Shown: positions 33,490 to 45,802 of the stretch, one piece after another
Layout: each line of letters starts with the position of its first letter
Numbering within the stretch: the first letter of the stretch is position 1
Source: the human T2T-CHM13v2.0 reference genome, Homo sapiens
NCBI RefSeq assembly: GCF_009914755.1
Contig: NC_060931.1
Strand: one strand, 5' to 3'
Length of the DNA stretch: 64,000 nucleotides
Translations under genes and position numbers: made by a program
The notes under the pieces: model-generated
What the model was told of the DNA's origin: nothing
Databases searched by the model: none
What the model saw: only the letters and a program-made list of their open reading frames with translations

Positions 33490-36400
33490 TTATTTTTATT
33501 TGTTATTTTTAAAATTTTTTTATTATACTTTAAGTTCTAGGGTACATGTCCACAACATGCAGGTTTGTTACATAGGTATACATGTGCCATGTTGGTTTGC
33601 TGCACCCATCAACTCGACATTTACATTAGGTATTTCTCCTAATACTATCCCTCCCCCTCCCCAACAGGCCCCAGTGTGTGATGTTCCCTGCCCTGTGTCC
33701 ATGTGTTTTCATTGTTCAACTCCCACCTATGACTGAGAACATGCAGTGTTTGGTTTTCTATCCTTGTGATAATTTGCTGAGAATGATGGTTTCCAGCTTC
33801 ATCCATGTCCCTGCAAAGGACATGAACTCATCATTTTTTATGGCTGCATAGTATTCCATGGTGAATATGTGCCACATTTTCTTAATCCAGTCTATCGTTG
33901 ATGGACATTTGGGCTGGTTCCAAGTCTTTGGTATTGTGAATAGTGCCGCAATAAACATACATGTGCATGTGTCTTTATAGTAGAATGATTTATAATCCTT
34001 TGGGTAAATACCCAGTAATGGGATCGCTGGGTCAAATGGTATTTCTAGTTCTAGTTCCTAGAGGAATTGCCACACTATCTTCCACAATGGTTGAACTAAT
34101 TTACACTCCCACCAACACTGTAAAAGCGTTCCTACTTCTCCACATCCTCTGCAGCATCTGTTGTTTCCTGACTTTGTAATGATTGCCATTCTAATTGGTG
34201 TGAGATGGTATCTCATTGTGGTTTTGATTTGCATTTCTCTGATGACCAGTGATGATGAGCATTTTTTTATGTGTCTGTTGGCTGCATAAATGTCTTCTTT
34301 TGAGAAGTGTCCATATACTTTGCTCAATTTTTGATGGGGTTGTTTGTTTTTTTCTTGTAAATTTATTTAAGTTCTTTGTAGATTCTGGATATTAACCCTT
34401 TGTCAGATGGGTAGAGTGCAAAAAAATTTCTCCCATTCGGTAGGGTGCCTGTTCACTCTGATGATAGTTTCTTTTGCTGTGCAGAAGCTCTTTAGTTTAA
34501 TTAGATCCAATTTGTCAATTTTGGCTTTTGTTGCTATTGCTTTTGGTGTTTTAGTCATGAAGTCCTTTCCCATTCCCATGTCCTGAAAGGTATTGCCTAC
34601 ATTTTCTTCTAGGGTCTTTAATCCATCTTGAATTAATTTGTGTATAAGGTGTAAGGAAGGGATCCAGTTTCAGCTTTCTACGTATGGCTAGCCAGTTTTC
34701 CCAGCACCATTTATGGAATAGGGAATCCTTTCCCCATGTCTTGTTTTTGTCAGGTTTGTCAAAGATCAGAAGGTTGTAGATGTGTGGTGTTATTTCTGAG
34801 GCCTCCGTTTTGTTCCATTGGCCTATGTATCTGTTTTGGTACCAATACCATGCTGTTTTGGTTACTGTAGCCTTGTAGTATAGCTTGAAGTCAGGTAGCG
34901 TGATGCCTCCAGCTTTGTTCTTTTTGCTTAGGATTGTCTTGGCTATGCAGGCTCTTTTTTGGTTCCATATAAACTTTAAAGTAGTTTTTTCCAATTCTGT
35001 GAAGAAAGTCATTGGTAGCTTGATGGGCATGGCATTGAATCTATACATTACCTTGGGCAGTATGGCCATTTTCACGATATTGATTCTTCTTATCCATGAG
35101 CATGAAATGTTTTTCCATTTGTTTATGTCCTCTTTTATGTCATTGAGCAATGGTTTGTAGTTCTCCTTAAAGAGGTCCTTCACATCCCTTGTGAGTTGTA
35201 TTCCTAGGTATTTTATTCTCTTTGTAGCAATTGTGCATGAGAGTTCACTCGTGATTTGGCTCTCTGTTTGTCTGTTATTGGTGTGTAGGAATGCTTCTGA
35301 TTTTTGCACATTGATTTTGCATCCTGAGACTTTGCTGAAGTTGCTTATCAACATAAGGAGATTTTGGGCTGAGATGATTGGGTTTTCTAAATATACCATC
35401 ATGTCATCTGCAAACAGGAACAATTTGACTTCCTCTTTTCCTAATTGAATACTCTTCATTTCTTTCTCTTGCCTGATTGCCCTGGCCAGAACTTCCAATA
35501 CTATGTTGAATAGGAGTGGTGAGAGAGGGCCACCTTGCCTTGTGCCAGTTTTCAAAGGGAATGCTTCCAGTTTTTGCCTGTTCAGTATGATATTAGCTAT
35601 GGGTTTGCCATAAATAGCTCTTATTATTTTGAGATACGTTCCATCAATACCTAGTTTATTGAGAGTTTTTAGCCTGAAGGGCTGTTGAATTTTGCCTTTT
35701 CTGCATCTATTGAGATAATCATGTGGTTTTTGTCATTGGTTCTGTTTATGTGATGGATTACATTTATTGATTTGTGTATGTTGAACCAGGCTTGCATCCC
35801 AGGGATGAAGCCAACTTGATCGTGGTGGTTACGTTTTTTGATGTGCTGCTGGATTCACTTTGCCAGTATTTTATTGTGGATTTTTGCATCGATGTTCATC
35901 AGGGATATTGGTCTAAAATTCTCTTTTTTTGTTGTGACTCTACCAGGCTTTGGTATCAGCATGATGCTGGCCTCATAAAATGAGTTAGGGAGGATTCCCT
36001 CTTTGTCTATTGTTTGGAATACTTTCAGAAGGAATGATACCAGCTCCTGTTTGTACCTCTGGTAAAATTCAGCTGTGATTCCATCTGTTCCTGGACTTTT
36101 TTTGGTTGGTAGGCTATTAATTATTACCTCAATTTCAGAACCTGTTATTGGTCTATTGAGAGATTCAACTTCTTCCTGGTTTAGTCTTGGGAGGGGGTAT
36201 GTGTCCAGGAAATATCTATTTCTTCTAGATTTTCCAGTTTATTCATGTAGAGGTGTTTATAGTATTCTCTGATGGTAGTTTGTATTTCTGTGGGATCGGC
36301 GGTGATATCCCTTTTATCATCTTTTATTGTGTCTATTTGATTCTTCTCTTTTTCCTTCTTTATTAGTCTTGCTAGTGGTGTATCTATTTTGTTGATCTTT

Positions 36401-39400
36401 TCTGAAAAACAGCTCCTGGATGCACTGATTTTTTTGAAGCGTTTTTCGTGTCTCTGTCTCCTTCAGTTCTTCTCTGATCTTAGTTATTTCTTGCCTTCTG
36501 CTAGGTTTTGAATGTGTTTGCTCTTGCTTCTCTAGTTCTTTTAAGTGTGATGTTAGGGTGACAATTTTAGATCTTTCTTGCTTTCTCTTGTGGGCATTTA
36601 GTGCTATAAATTTCCATCTACACACTGCTTTAAATGTGTCCCAGAGATTCTGGTACACTGTGTCTTCATTCTGATTGGTTTCAAAGAACATCTTTATTTC
36701 TGCATTCATTTCGTTATTTACCCAGTAGTCATTCAGGAGCAGGTTGTTCAGTTTCCATGTAGCTGTGTGGTTTTGAGTGAGTTTCTTAATCCTGAGTACT
36801 AATTTGATTGCACTGTGGTCTGAGAGACAGTTTGTTGTGATTTCTGTTCTTTTACATTTGCTGAAGAATGTTTTACTTCCAATTATGTGGTCAATTTTAG
36901 AATAAATGTGATGTGGTGCTGAGAAGAATGTATATTCTGTTGATTTGGGGTGGAGAGTTCTGTAGATGTCTATTAGGTCTGCTTGATGCAGAGCTGATTT
37001 CAAGTCCTGGATATCCTTGTTAACCTCCTGTCTTGTTGATCTGTTTAATATTGACAGTGGGGTGTTAAAATCTCCCACTATTATTGTGTGGGAGTCTAAG
37101 TCTCTTTGTAGGTCTCTAAGGACTTGCTTTATGAATCTAGGTGCTCCTGTATTGGGTGCATACAAATTTAGGATAGTTAGCTCTTCTTGCCATCTTAATC
37201 CCTTTACCATTATGTAGTGGCTTTCTTTGTCTCTTTTGATCTTTGTTGGTTTAAAGTCTGTTTGTCAAAGACTAGGATTGCAACCCCTGCTTTTTTTTTT
37301 TGCTTTCCATTTGCTTGGTAAATATTCCTCCATCCCTTTATTTTGAGCCTATGTGTGCCTCTGCATGTGAGATGTGTCTCCTGAATGCAGCACACTGATG
37401 GGTCTTGACTCTTTATCGAACTTGGCAGTCTGTGTCTCTTAATTGCAGCATTTAGCCCATTTACATTTAAGGTTAATGTTGTTATATGTGAATATGATCC
37501 TGTCATTATGATGTTAGCTAGTTATTTTGCCCATTAATTGATGCAGTTTCTTAATAGCATTGATGAGTTTACAATTTGGTATGTTTTTGCAGTGGCTGGT
37601 ACCAGTTGTTCCTTTCCATGTTTAGTGCTTCCTTCAAGAGCTCTTGTAAGGCAGGCCTCTTGGTGACATAATCTCCCAGCATTTGCTTGTCTGTAAAGGA
37701 TTTTTTTCTCCTTTGCTTATGAAGCTTAGTTTGGCTGGATATGAAATTCGGGGCTGCAAATTCTTTTATTTAAGAATGTTGAATATTGGCCCCCACTCTC
37801 TTCTGGCTTGTAGGGTTTCTGCTGAGAGATGTGCTGTTAGTTTGATGGACTTCCCTTTGTGGGTAACCTGACCTTTCTCTGTGGCTGCCCTTAATATGTT
37901 TTCCCCTCATTTCAGCCTTGGTGAATCTGACAATTATGTGTCTTGGGGTTGCTCTTCTTGAGGAGTATCTTTGTGGCGTTCTCTGTATTTCCTGAATTTG
38001 AATGTTGGCCTGCCTTACTAGGTTGGGGAAGTTCTCCTGGATAATATCCTGAAGAGTGTTTTCCAACTGGGTTCCATTTTCTCCATCACTTTGAGGTACA
38101 CCAGTCAAATGTCGATTTGGTCTTTTCACATAGTCGCATATTTCTTGGAGGCTTTCTTCTTTTCTTTTCACTCTTTTTTCTCTAATATTGTCTTCTCACT
38201 TTACTTCATTAATTTGATCTTCAATCACTGAGATATTTTCTTACACTTAATCGAATCAGCTATTGAAGCTTGTGCATGCATCACAAAGTTCTCGTGCTGT
38301 GGTTTTCAGCTCCATCAGTTCACTTAAGGTCTTCTTTACACTCTTTATTCTAGCTAGCAATTTGTCTGACCTTTTTTCAAGGTTTTTAGCTTCCTTGCAA
38401 TGGGTTAAAACATGCTCCTTAGCTCAGAGAAGTTTGTTATTACCAACCTTCTGAAGCCTACTTCTGTAAACTCATAAACTCCTTCTCCATCCAGTTTTGA
38501 TCCATCAATGGTGAGGAGCTGTGATCCTTTGGAAGAGAAGAGGTGCTCTGGTTTTTGGAAGTGTCAGCTTTTCTGCTCTGGTTTCTCCCCATCTTTGTGA
38601 TTTTATCTACCTTTGGTCTTTGATGTTGGTTACCTACAGGTGGGGTTTTGCTGTGGATGTCCTTTTTGTTAATTTTGATGCTATTCCTTTCTGTTTGTTA
38701 GTTTTCCTTCTAAAGTTCAGGCGTCTCAGCTGCAGGTCTGTTGGAGTTTGTTTAGGTCCACTCCAGACCCTGTTTGCCTGGGCATCACCAGTGGAGGCTG
38801 CAGAACAGCAAATATTTCAGAACAGCAAATATTGCTGCCTGATCCTTCCTCTGGTTGCCTCATCCCAGAGGGGCACTTGCCTGTATGAGGTGTCTGTCGG
38901 CCCCTACTGGGAGGTGTCTCCCAGTCAGGCTACATGCGGGTCAGGGGCCCACTGGAGAAGGCAGTCTGCCCATTCTCAGAGCTCAAACGCTGTGCTGGGA
39001 GAACCACTGCTCTCTTCAGAGCTGTCAGACAGGGATGTTTAAGTCTGCAGAGGTTGTCTGCTGCCTTTTGTTCAGCTATGTCCTGACCACAGAGGTGGAC
39101 TCTAGAGAGTCGGTAGGCATTGCTGAGCTGCAGTGGGCTCTGCCCAGTTCAAGCTTCCCGGCCACTTTGTTTACCTACTCAAGCCTCAACAATGGCGGAT
39201 GCCCCTCCCCTTGCCAGGCTGCAGTGTCACAGGTTGATCTCAGACTGCTGCACTAGTAGTGAGCAAGGCTCCGTGGGCGTGGGACCCCCAAGCCAGGCAC
39301 AGGAGGGAATCTCCTGGTCTGCCAGTTGCTAAGACTGTGGGAAAAGTGCAGTATTTGGACAGGAATGTACCATTCCCCTAGGTACAGACTGTCATGGCTT

Positions 39401-39628
39401 CCCTTGGCCAGAAAAGGGAAATACCCTGACCCCTTGTGCTTCCGGGGTGAGGCGACGCCCCACCCTGCTTCAGCTCACCTAAGTGGGCGGCACCCACTCT
39501 CCAACCAGTCACAATGAGATAAACCATGTACCTCAGTTGGAAATGCAGAAATCTTCCATCTTCTGTGTCAATCTCGCTGGGAGCTGCAGACTGGAGCTGT
39601 TCGTATTTTGCCATCTTGGAAGCGACCC
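33490..39628 (-). mobile_element. Inner full-length L1 (L1PA5-7-like), inactive
   Basis: Minus-strand 5' end ggggtcgcttccaagatggc; ORF1 ATG at 38592, ORF2 ATG at 37506, T-rich tail at 33490; 16-bp TSD ccctaacccattttat at 33474-33489 and 39629-39644. Confidence 0.95.
39192..39332 (+). pseudogene. L1 ORF0-like antisense ORF remnant
   Basis: MADAPPLARLQCHRLISDCCTSSEQGSVGVGP resembles the ORF0 N-terminus (MAGAPPPASL...LISDCC...SVGVGP, from memory), then diverges and stops after 46 aa. Confidence 0.6.
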
Positions 39629-42600
39629 CCCTAACCCATTTTATGAGGATAGCATCATCCTGATACCAAAGTCTGGCAGAGACACAACAAAAAAAGAGAA
39701 TTTCAGGCCAATATGCCTGATGAACATCAATGCAAAAATCCTCAATAAAATACTGGCAAAGCAAATCCAGCAGCACATCATAAAGCTTATCCACTATGAT
39801 CAAGTCAGCTTCATCCCTGGGATGCAAGGGTGGTTCAACATACACAAATCAATAAACATAATCCACATAAACAGAACCAATGACAAAAACCACATGATTA
39901 TCTCAATAGATGCAGAAAAGGCCTTCGACAAAATTAAACAGCCCTTCATGCTAAAAACTCTCAATAAACTAGGTATCAGTGGAACGTATCTCAAAATAAT
40001 AAGAGCTATTTATGACAAACTCACAGCCAATAGCATATTGAATAGGCAAAAACTGGAAGCATTCCCTTTGAAAACCATCACGAGACAAGGATGCCCCCTC
40101 TCACCACTCCTATTCAACATAGTGCTGGAAGTTCTCCTCAGGGAAATCAGGCAAGACAAAGAAATTAAGGGTACTCAAATAGGAAGTAAGGAAGTCAAAT
40201 TGTTCCTGTTTGCAGATGACATGATGTATATTTAGAAAACCCCATCGTCTCAGCCCAAAATCTCCTTATGCTAACAAGCAACTTCAGCAAAGTCTCAGGA
40301 TACAAAATCAATGTGCAAAAATCAGAAGCATTCCTATACACTAATAAGAGACAAACAGAGAGCCAAATCACAAGTGAACTGCCATTCACAATTGCTACAA
40401 AGGGAATAAAATACCTAGGAATACAACTTACAAGGGATGTGAAGGACTTCTTCAAAGAGAACTACAAACCATTGCTCAAGAAAATAAGAGAGGACATAAA
40501 CAAATGGAAAAACATTTCATGCTCATGGATAGGAAGAATTGATATCATGAAAATGGCCATATTGCCCAAAGTAATTTATAGATTCAGTGCTATCCCCATC
40601 AAGCTACCAATGACTTTCTTCACAGAATTGGAAAAAACTACTTTAAAATTTATATGGAACCAAAAAAGAGCCTGCATAGCCAAGACAATCCTGGGCAAGA
40701 AGAACAAAGCTGGAGGCATCATGCTACCTGAATTCAAGCTATACTACAAGGCTACAGTAACCAAAACAGCATGGTACTGGTACCAAAACAGATATATAGA
40801 CAAATGGAACAGAACAGAGGCCTCAGAAATAACACCACACATCTACAACCTTCTGATCTTTGACAATCCAGACACAAGCAATGGGGAAAGGATTCCCTAT
40901 TTAATAAATGGTGTTGAGAAAATTGGCTAGCCATATGCAGAAAACTGAAACTGGATCCCTTCCTTACACCTTATACAAAATCAACTCAAGATGGATCAAA
41001 GACTTAAACGTTAAGCCCCAGGACTATAAAAATACTAGAAGAAGACCTGGGCAATACCATTCAGGACATAGGCATGGGCAAAGACTTCATGTCTAAAACA
41101 CCAAAAGCAATGGCAACAAAAGCCAAAATTGACAAATGGGATCTAATTAAACTAAAGAGCTTCTGCACAGCAAAAGAAACTATCATCAGAGCGAACAGGC
41201 ACCCTACAGAAAGGGAGAAAATTTTTGCAATCTACTCCTCTGACAAAGGGCTAATATCCAGAATCTGCAAGGAACTTAAACAAATTTACAAGAAAAAAAA
41301 AACAACCCCATCAAATAGTGGACAAAGTATATGAATAGACACTTCTCAAAGGAAGACATTTATGCAGCCAACAGACATATGAAAAAATGCTAATCATCAC
41401 TGGTCATTAGAGAAATGCAAACCAAAATCGCAATGAGATACCATATCATACCAGTCAGAATGGCAATCATTAAAAAGTCAGGAAACTTTTAATGCTGCAG
41501 AGGATGTGGAGAAATAGGAATGCTTTTACATTGTTGGTGGGAGTGTAAATTAGTTCAACCATTGTGGAAGACAGTGTTGCGATTCCTCAAGGATCTAGAA
41601 CTAGAAATACCATTTGACCCAGCGATCCCATTACTGGGTATTTACCCAAAGGATTATAAATCATTCTACTATAAAGACACATGCACATGTATGTTTATTG
41701 CGGCACTATTCACAATACCAAAGACTTGGAACCAGCCCAAATGTCCATCAACGATAGACTGGATTAAGAAAATGTAGCACATATTCACCATGGAATACTA
41801 TGCAGCTATAAAAAAGGATGAGTTCATGTCCTTTGCAGGGACATGGATGAAGCTGGAAACCATCATTCTCAGCCAACTATCACAAGAGTAGAAAACCAAA
41901 CACTGAATGTTCTCACTCATAAGTGGGAGTTGAACAATGAGAACACATGGACAGAGGGAGGAGATCATCACACACTGGGGTCTGTCGGGGGTGGGGGCTT
42001 AGGTGAGGGATAACATTAGGAGAAACACCTAATGTAGGTGATAGGTTGATGGGTGTAGCAAACCACCATGGCACGTTTATACCTATGTAACAAAAGTGCA
42101 TATTCTGCACATTGACCCCAGAACTTAAATTATAATAAAAAAGAAAGAAAGTATAAGAAAAAGAAACAGGAATAGATTTCATGAGCAGATTATGCCTGAT
42201 ATAATTCAGCTTTATTGCAAATGTTATTAATATATATCTTTTTTCAATATTTTCAGCCTTTGATTCAAAAGATACACAACTTCAATCTCCCTACCAAGTT
42301 TATCTAATAGCTCTTGCTCTTTTTAATAAGAAACAAATTTGTGTTTTAATTGGTGTATTTTTATTTGATATATATTTCAATTGATGTTTTCATTTTTTGC
42401 TTATTAATAGCTGCATGTATATATTTATTTAATCTTTACCATTAAAACAAGATCACAGTTACCATCTTCACTGCTGAGCACCCTACCTGGTATGCCTAAA
42501 TACCAAACTTTTCTAGTATACTGGGAAATGCTGTTGTAATCCTTTTAACGTAATGACCCCTAGAATGTAAAAAGCTTTTAAGAAAAAATGCCAAGTGAAC

Positions 42601-44009
42601 ATTAGAGTGCCAACTAAGGCAACAGAAACACTTTCAAATTTTAATCTTGTATTTTACATAGATTTATTAGTATTTCTAAATCATATTACAAATGAAGTAT
42701 TTTTTTCCAAGAGGTAAAATAAGATTAATTATTGTTTTGCTGTTGCTATTGAACTATTTTATGGTTTCATTTCTTTTAGTAAATCCATGGAGTTTTGATT
42801 ATTGATTTATATAGTAAAAACTACGAATAAATAGTCTAGACCCAGTTATTTTTTAAATAAGAATGTAAAAGCAATCAGGTATTAAAGAGATCAGTTGAAT
42901 CCTTGGTGAAGGAAATTAGCAGCAATCTGAAAGGGATGGCGTATAGAATCTATGAAATTAAATCAGAAGATAAAAGAAGAGTAAGAATCAGATAAAACCT
43001 TAACATGATTGAAACTGGAAGATGCTCAGAGATCTATGACACTGCAGACTTGCATAGCTGAGACCTAGCTTAAACTCAGCCTTAGGGTCCCCCATTTACC
43101 TGGCTGGCGATTCCTAACTGTAGGAAAGGGTTTGGCATGTTCACTTCTAGTTCAGGTAAATTTACCCAGGAAATATGTAGTGCCCACGTTTCATGTCCTG
43201 GTATCCAACTGCTGCTCCCTAAGTGAAGAAGATGAACTTACCCCTTGTCCTGCTGCAACATCATATACCACAGTCAGAAAAAAACAAAAGTTCTTCGCTA
43301 TTTAAAATAAAAACTTCAAAAAGGTACTATCTTTAGCAATAGGTGAAACTGATTCTCTTACAAAAATAAATGTGACCATGAAATTTGCATAGCTGACTTC
43401 TACAGATTGTGATGATTCTAGGAGATACTAATCAAATGAAGGGAAAAAAATTTTGCTTTCCTGCCATGAACAGATTAACTTTGGTAACTTTTGGAGTATT
43501 GTTGTATTTTTGATTTGGTGAACTAATTCTTTTTAAATCTGAAGTTTGAAAGTAAGAGTCATTTTATTTTCTCAATGCTTTTGTTTCTGAGTATTTCCTT
43601 AACATAAGTAATTATTTCACGGTCCAAAATATTCTATCTAGTAACCTCAGCCCATCTTAGATGTTAACTCTGATGATAAAGTTTGTATTCATTGGGATGA
43701 GCCCTGCATATTTTGTTATTTAAGGTGTTTGCAAAAGCTAACTTGTTAGAGCATCTGATATTCCGAACATGTGATTTTTTATCTGAAATGTGTAATTTAT
43801 GTTACATTTGTGATTTGGATTAGCATGTGTAGAATTTTATTAAATCTGTAAACTGATTCTGAATGTTTAAGAGAATTTGATTTACAAGAGTTAAGTACTA
43901 AGAATGATCTTGCTGATGTGTTTTGTTTGGCTACCTCAATCTATGTTTGAAGTGTTCAAGAAGGTCAGATACATTATATCTGTACTTGTTGCTTTAAATG
44001 ATAAAAGTT

Positions 44010-44170
44010 GTAATTCTCCAAGTGTGGTTCCCACATCAGTAGCATCAGCATCATCTGGAAAAGTGTTAAATGTGCATATTTAACCTCAGACTTACTATAT
44101 CAGAAACTGTAGGGATGGAGTCCAGCAGTTTGTGTTTTAATAAACTCTCTAGACTTTTGAGAACCACTGG
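44010..44170. mobile_element. MER5A-like MITE
   Basis: ttctccaagtgtggttccc...agcatcagcatcatctggaa...atcagaaactgtagggatgg...tttgagaaccactg. Confidence 0.75.
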
Positions 44171-44262
44171 CTTGAGGTAACTTAATTAAATAAGTTTATA
44201 AATAGGTTATTTGTTCAGGGGAATTTAAACTGTTAGGGGAACATTAGTTAAAGAGTACTTGA

Positions 44263-44617
<355 letters not shown>

Positions 44618-45262
44618 TTAGTTGAACCCAATGCCTTAAAAAACTAGGTTTTAACATTTTTGACTTTAATATATTTAATATTAATTTAAATACAAGCAAT
44701 GATAAGCAGTTTTTCAGCACATGAAAGTCCTTTTTGAATTTTAGAAAATTCAACTAATGAAGACCTAGATATATTTTAATTTTGCTTGTGTATTTCCCTG
44801 GTGACACCAATGTCAGGTCCAACAATTACGTGAGCTTAGGGTTCCTTCCTCCTCATTTCATATGTTTCAAAAATATAGGAAAAAAAGATATGCTAGGTTA
44901 GAAAAGTTATAACAAAGGAAGAGTTTTAAGGCTGGTTAGTAAACCAGCATGCTTTAAGAATTGCAGATCATAGTACTAAGAACTGACCACTTCAAAATTA
45001 CTCATATTCTGTCTAGTGCTAAATTGTTTTCCAAATGTCACAGGAACAATTTTCATTATAATAGAGCTCCTGGTGCTTTATATCTCCACAGTAAAGTGGT
45101 GGTGCCAAGTACTGCATTTTTAGTTTTATAATTCTTCTAAATTTGTTCAAAATATTCAATGATAATAAACTACATAACCTATGTTACTTTTGTGTGGCAA
45201 AAGATTTTAGTAGTTCTGGGAAATCAATGGCCATAGAAATTACGCTTAGAACATGTAGCACT

Positions 45263-45330
45263 TGACAATAAAAGTATTGCTACTGACAATAAAATGTATT
45301 GTTGCTGACAATAAATGGCATTGTTACTGA
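45263..45330. repeat. Three 21-22-bp tandem units TGACAATAAA...ATTG
   Basis: tgacaataaaagtattgctac / tgacaataaaatgtattgttgc / tgacaataaatggcattgttac. Confidence 0.85.
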
Positions 45331-45684
45331 TAGATATGACAGAAAGTTTGTTAAAGTGTATCAAGATATACTGGACTTATTCAACTGTTAGTCATTTCTG
45401 CCAAACCACTTTAGAGGTAGAGCTATTTTTCTCTTGAATCCTCAAGACTTTGTAGTGTACTTAAAATCAATTTTACTACATTAGGGATTCTGCATTAATA
45501 TGAATCCTAACCATCTCACATTTATGACAGTTCAAATAAAGACATAATATACTATAAAGTACATAAGGTACTTTTCTTTTTATCCACTGTAATTTCCCTT
45601 CTGCTCCCTGAAGCAGTGTTTGACCTTAGGAAGCCATTTTCTTCCTGAAATATTCTCACACTTTTAGTGATGATTTTCAGTTAG

Positions 45685-45802
45685 CTCCTACCAACTTATG
45701 AGAGCCAGTTGTTAATTTTTCAGGAATTCCATGAGCCAGTTGATTAAACTAGCCATTATTAAACATTAAAGTACAACAATTTACAATTAGATAAGTTACA
45801 TA
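45685..45802. mobile_element. Zaphod-like hAT-Tip100 fragment
   Basis: gagagccagttgttaatttttcaggaattccatgagccagttg...agccattattaaa. Confidence 0.45.

Larger units (their letters stand above)
31918..42163 (+). mobile_element. Outer 5'-truncated L1 (L1PA7/8-like): starts in the inter-ORF spacer; pieces 31918-33489 and 39645-42163
   Basis: ORF2 start atgacaggatca at 31959; ORF2 colinear across the inner insertion (ILPNPFY|EDSIILIPK); 3'UTR and A-rich tail to 42163; ORF2 disrupted. Confidence 0.93.

Noticed and set aside
38521-39256. 173-aa and 133-aa plus-strand ORFs
   Set aside because: Antisense of the L1 5'UTR with non-ATG starts; the same pseudo-peptides recur at 63065-63858 and 14250-14688
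31918-42163. Twin-priming inversion as the explanation for the +/-/+ L1 arrangement
   Set aside because: The inner element has its own 5' end, tail and 16-bp TSD, and the outer ORF2 is colinear across it; these are two independent insertions
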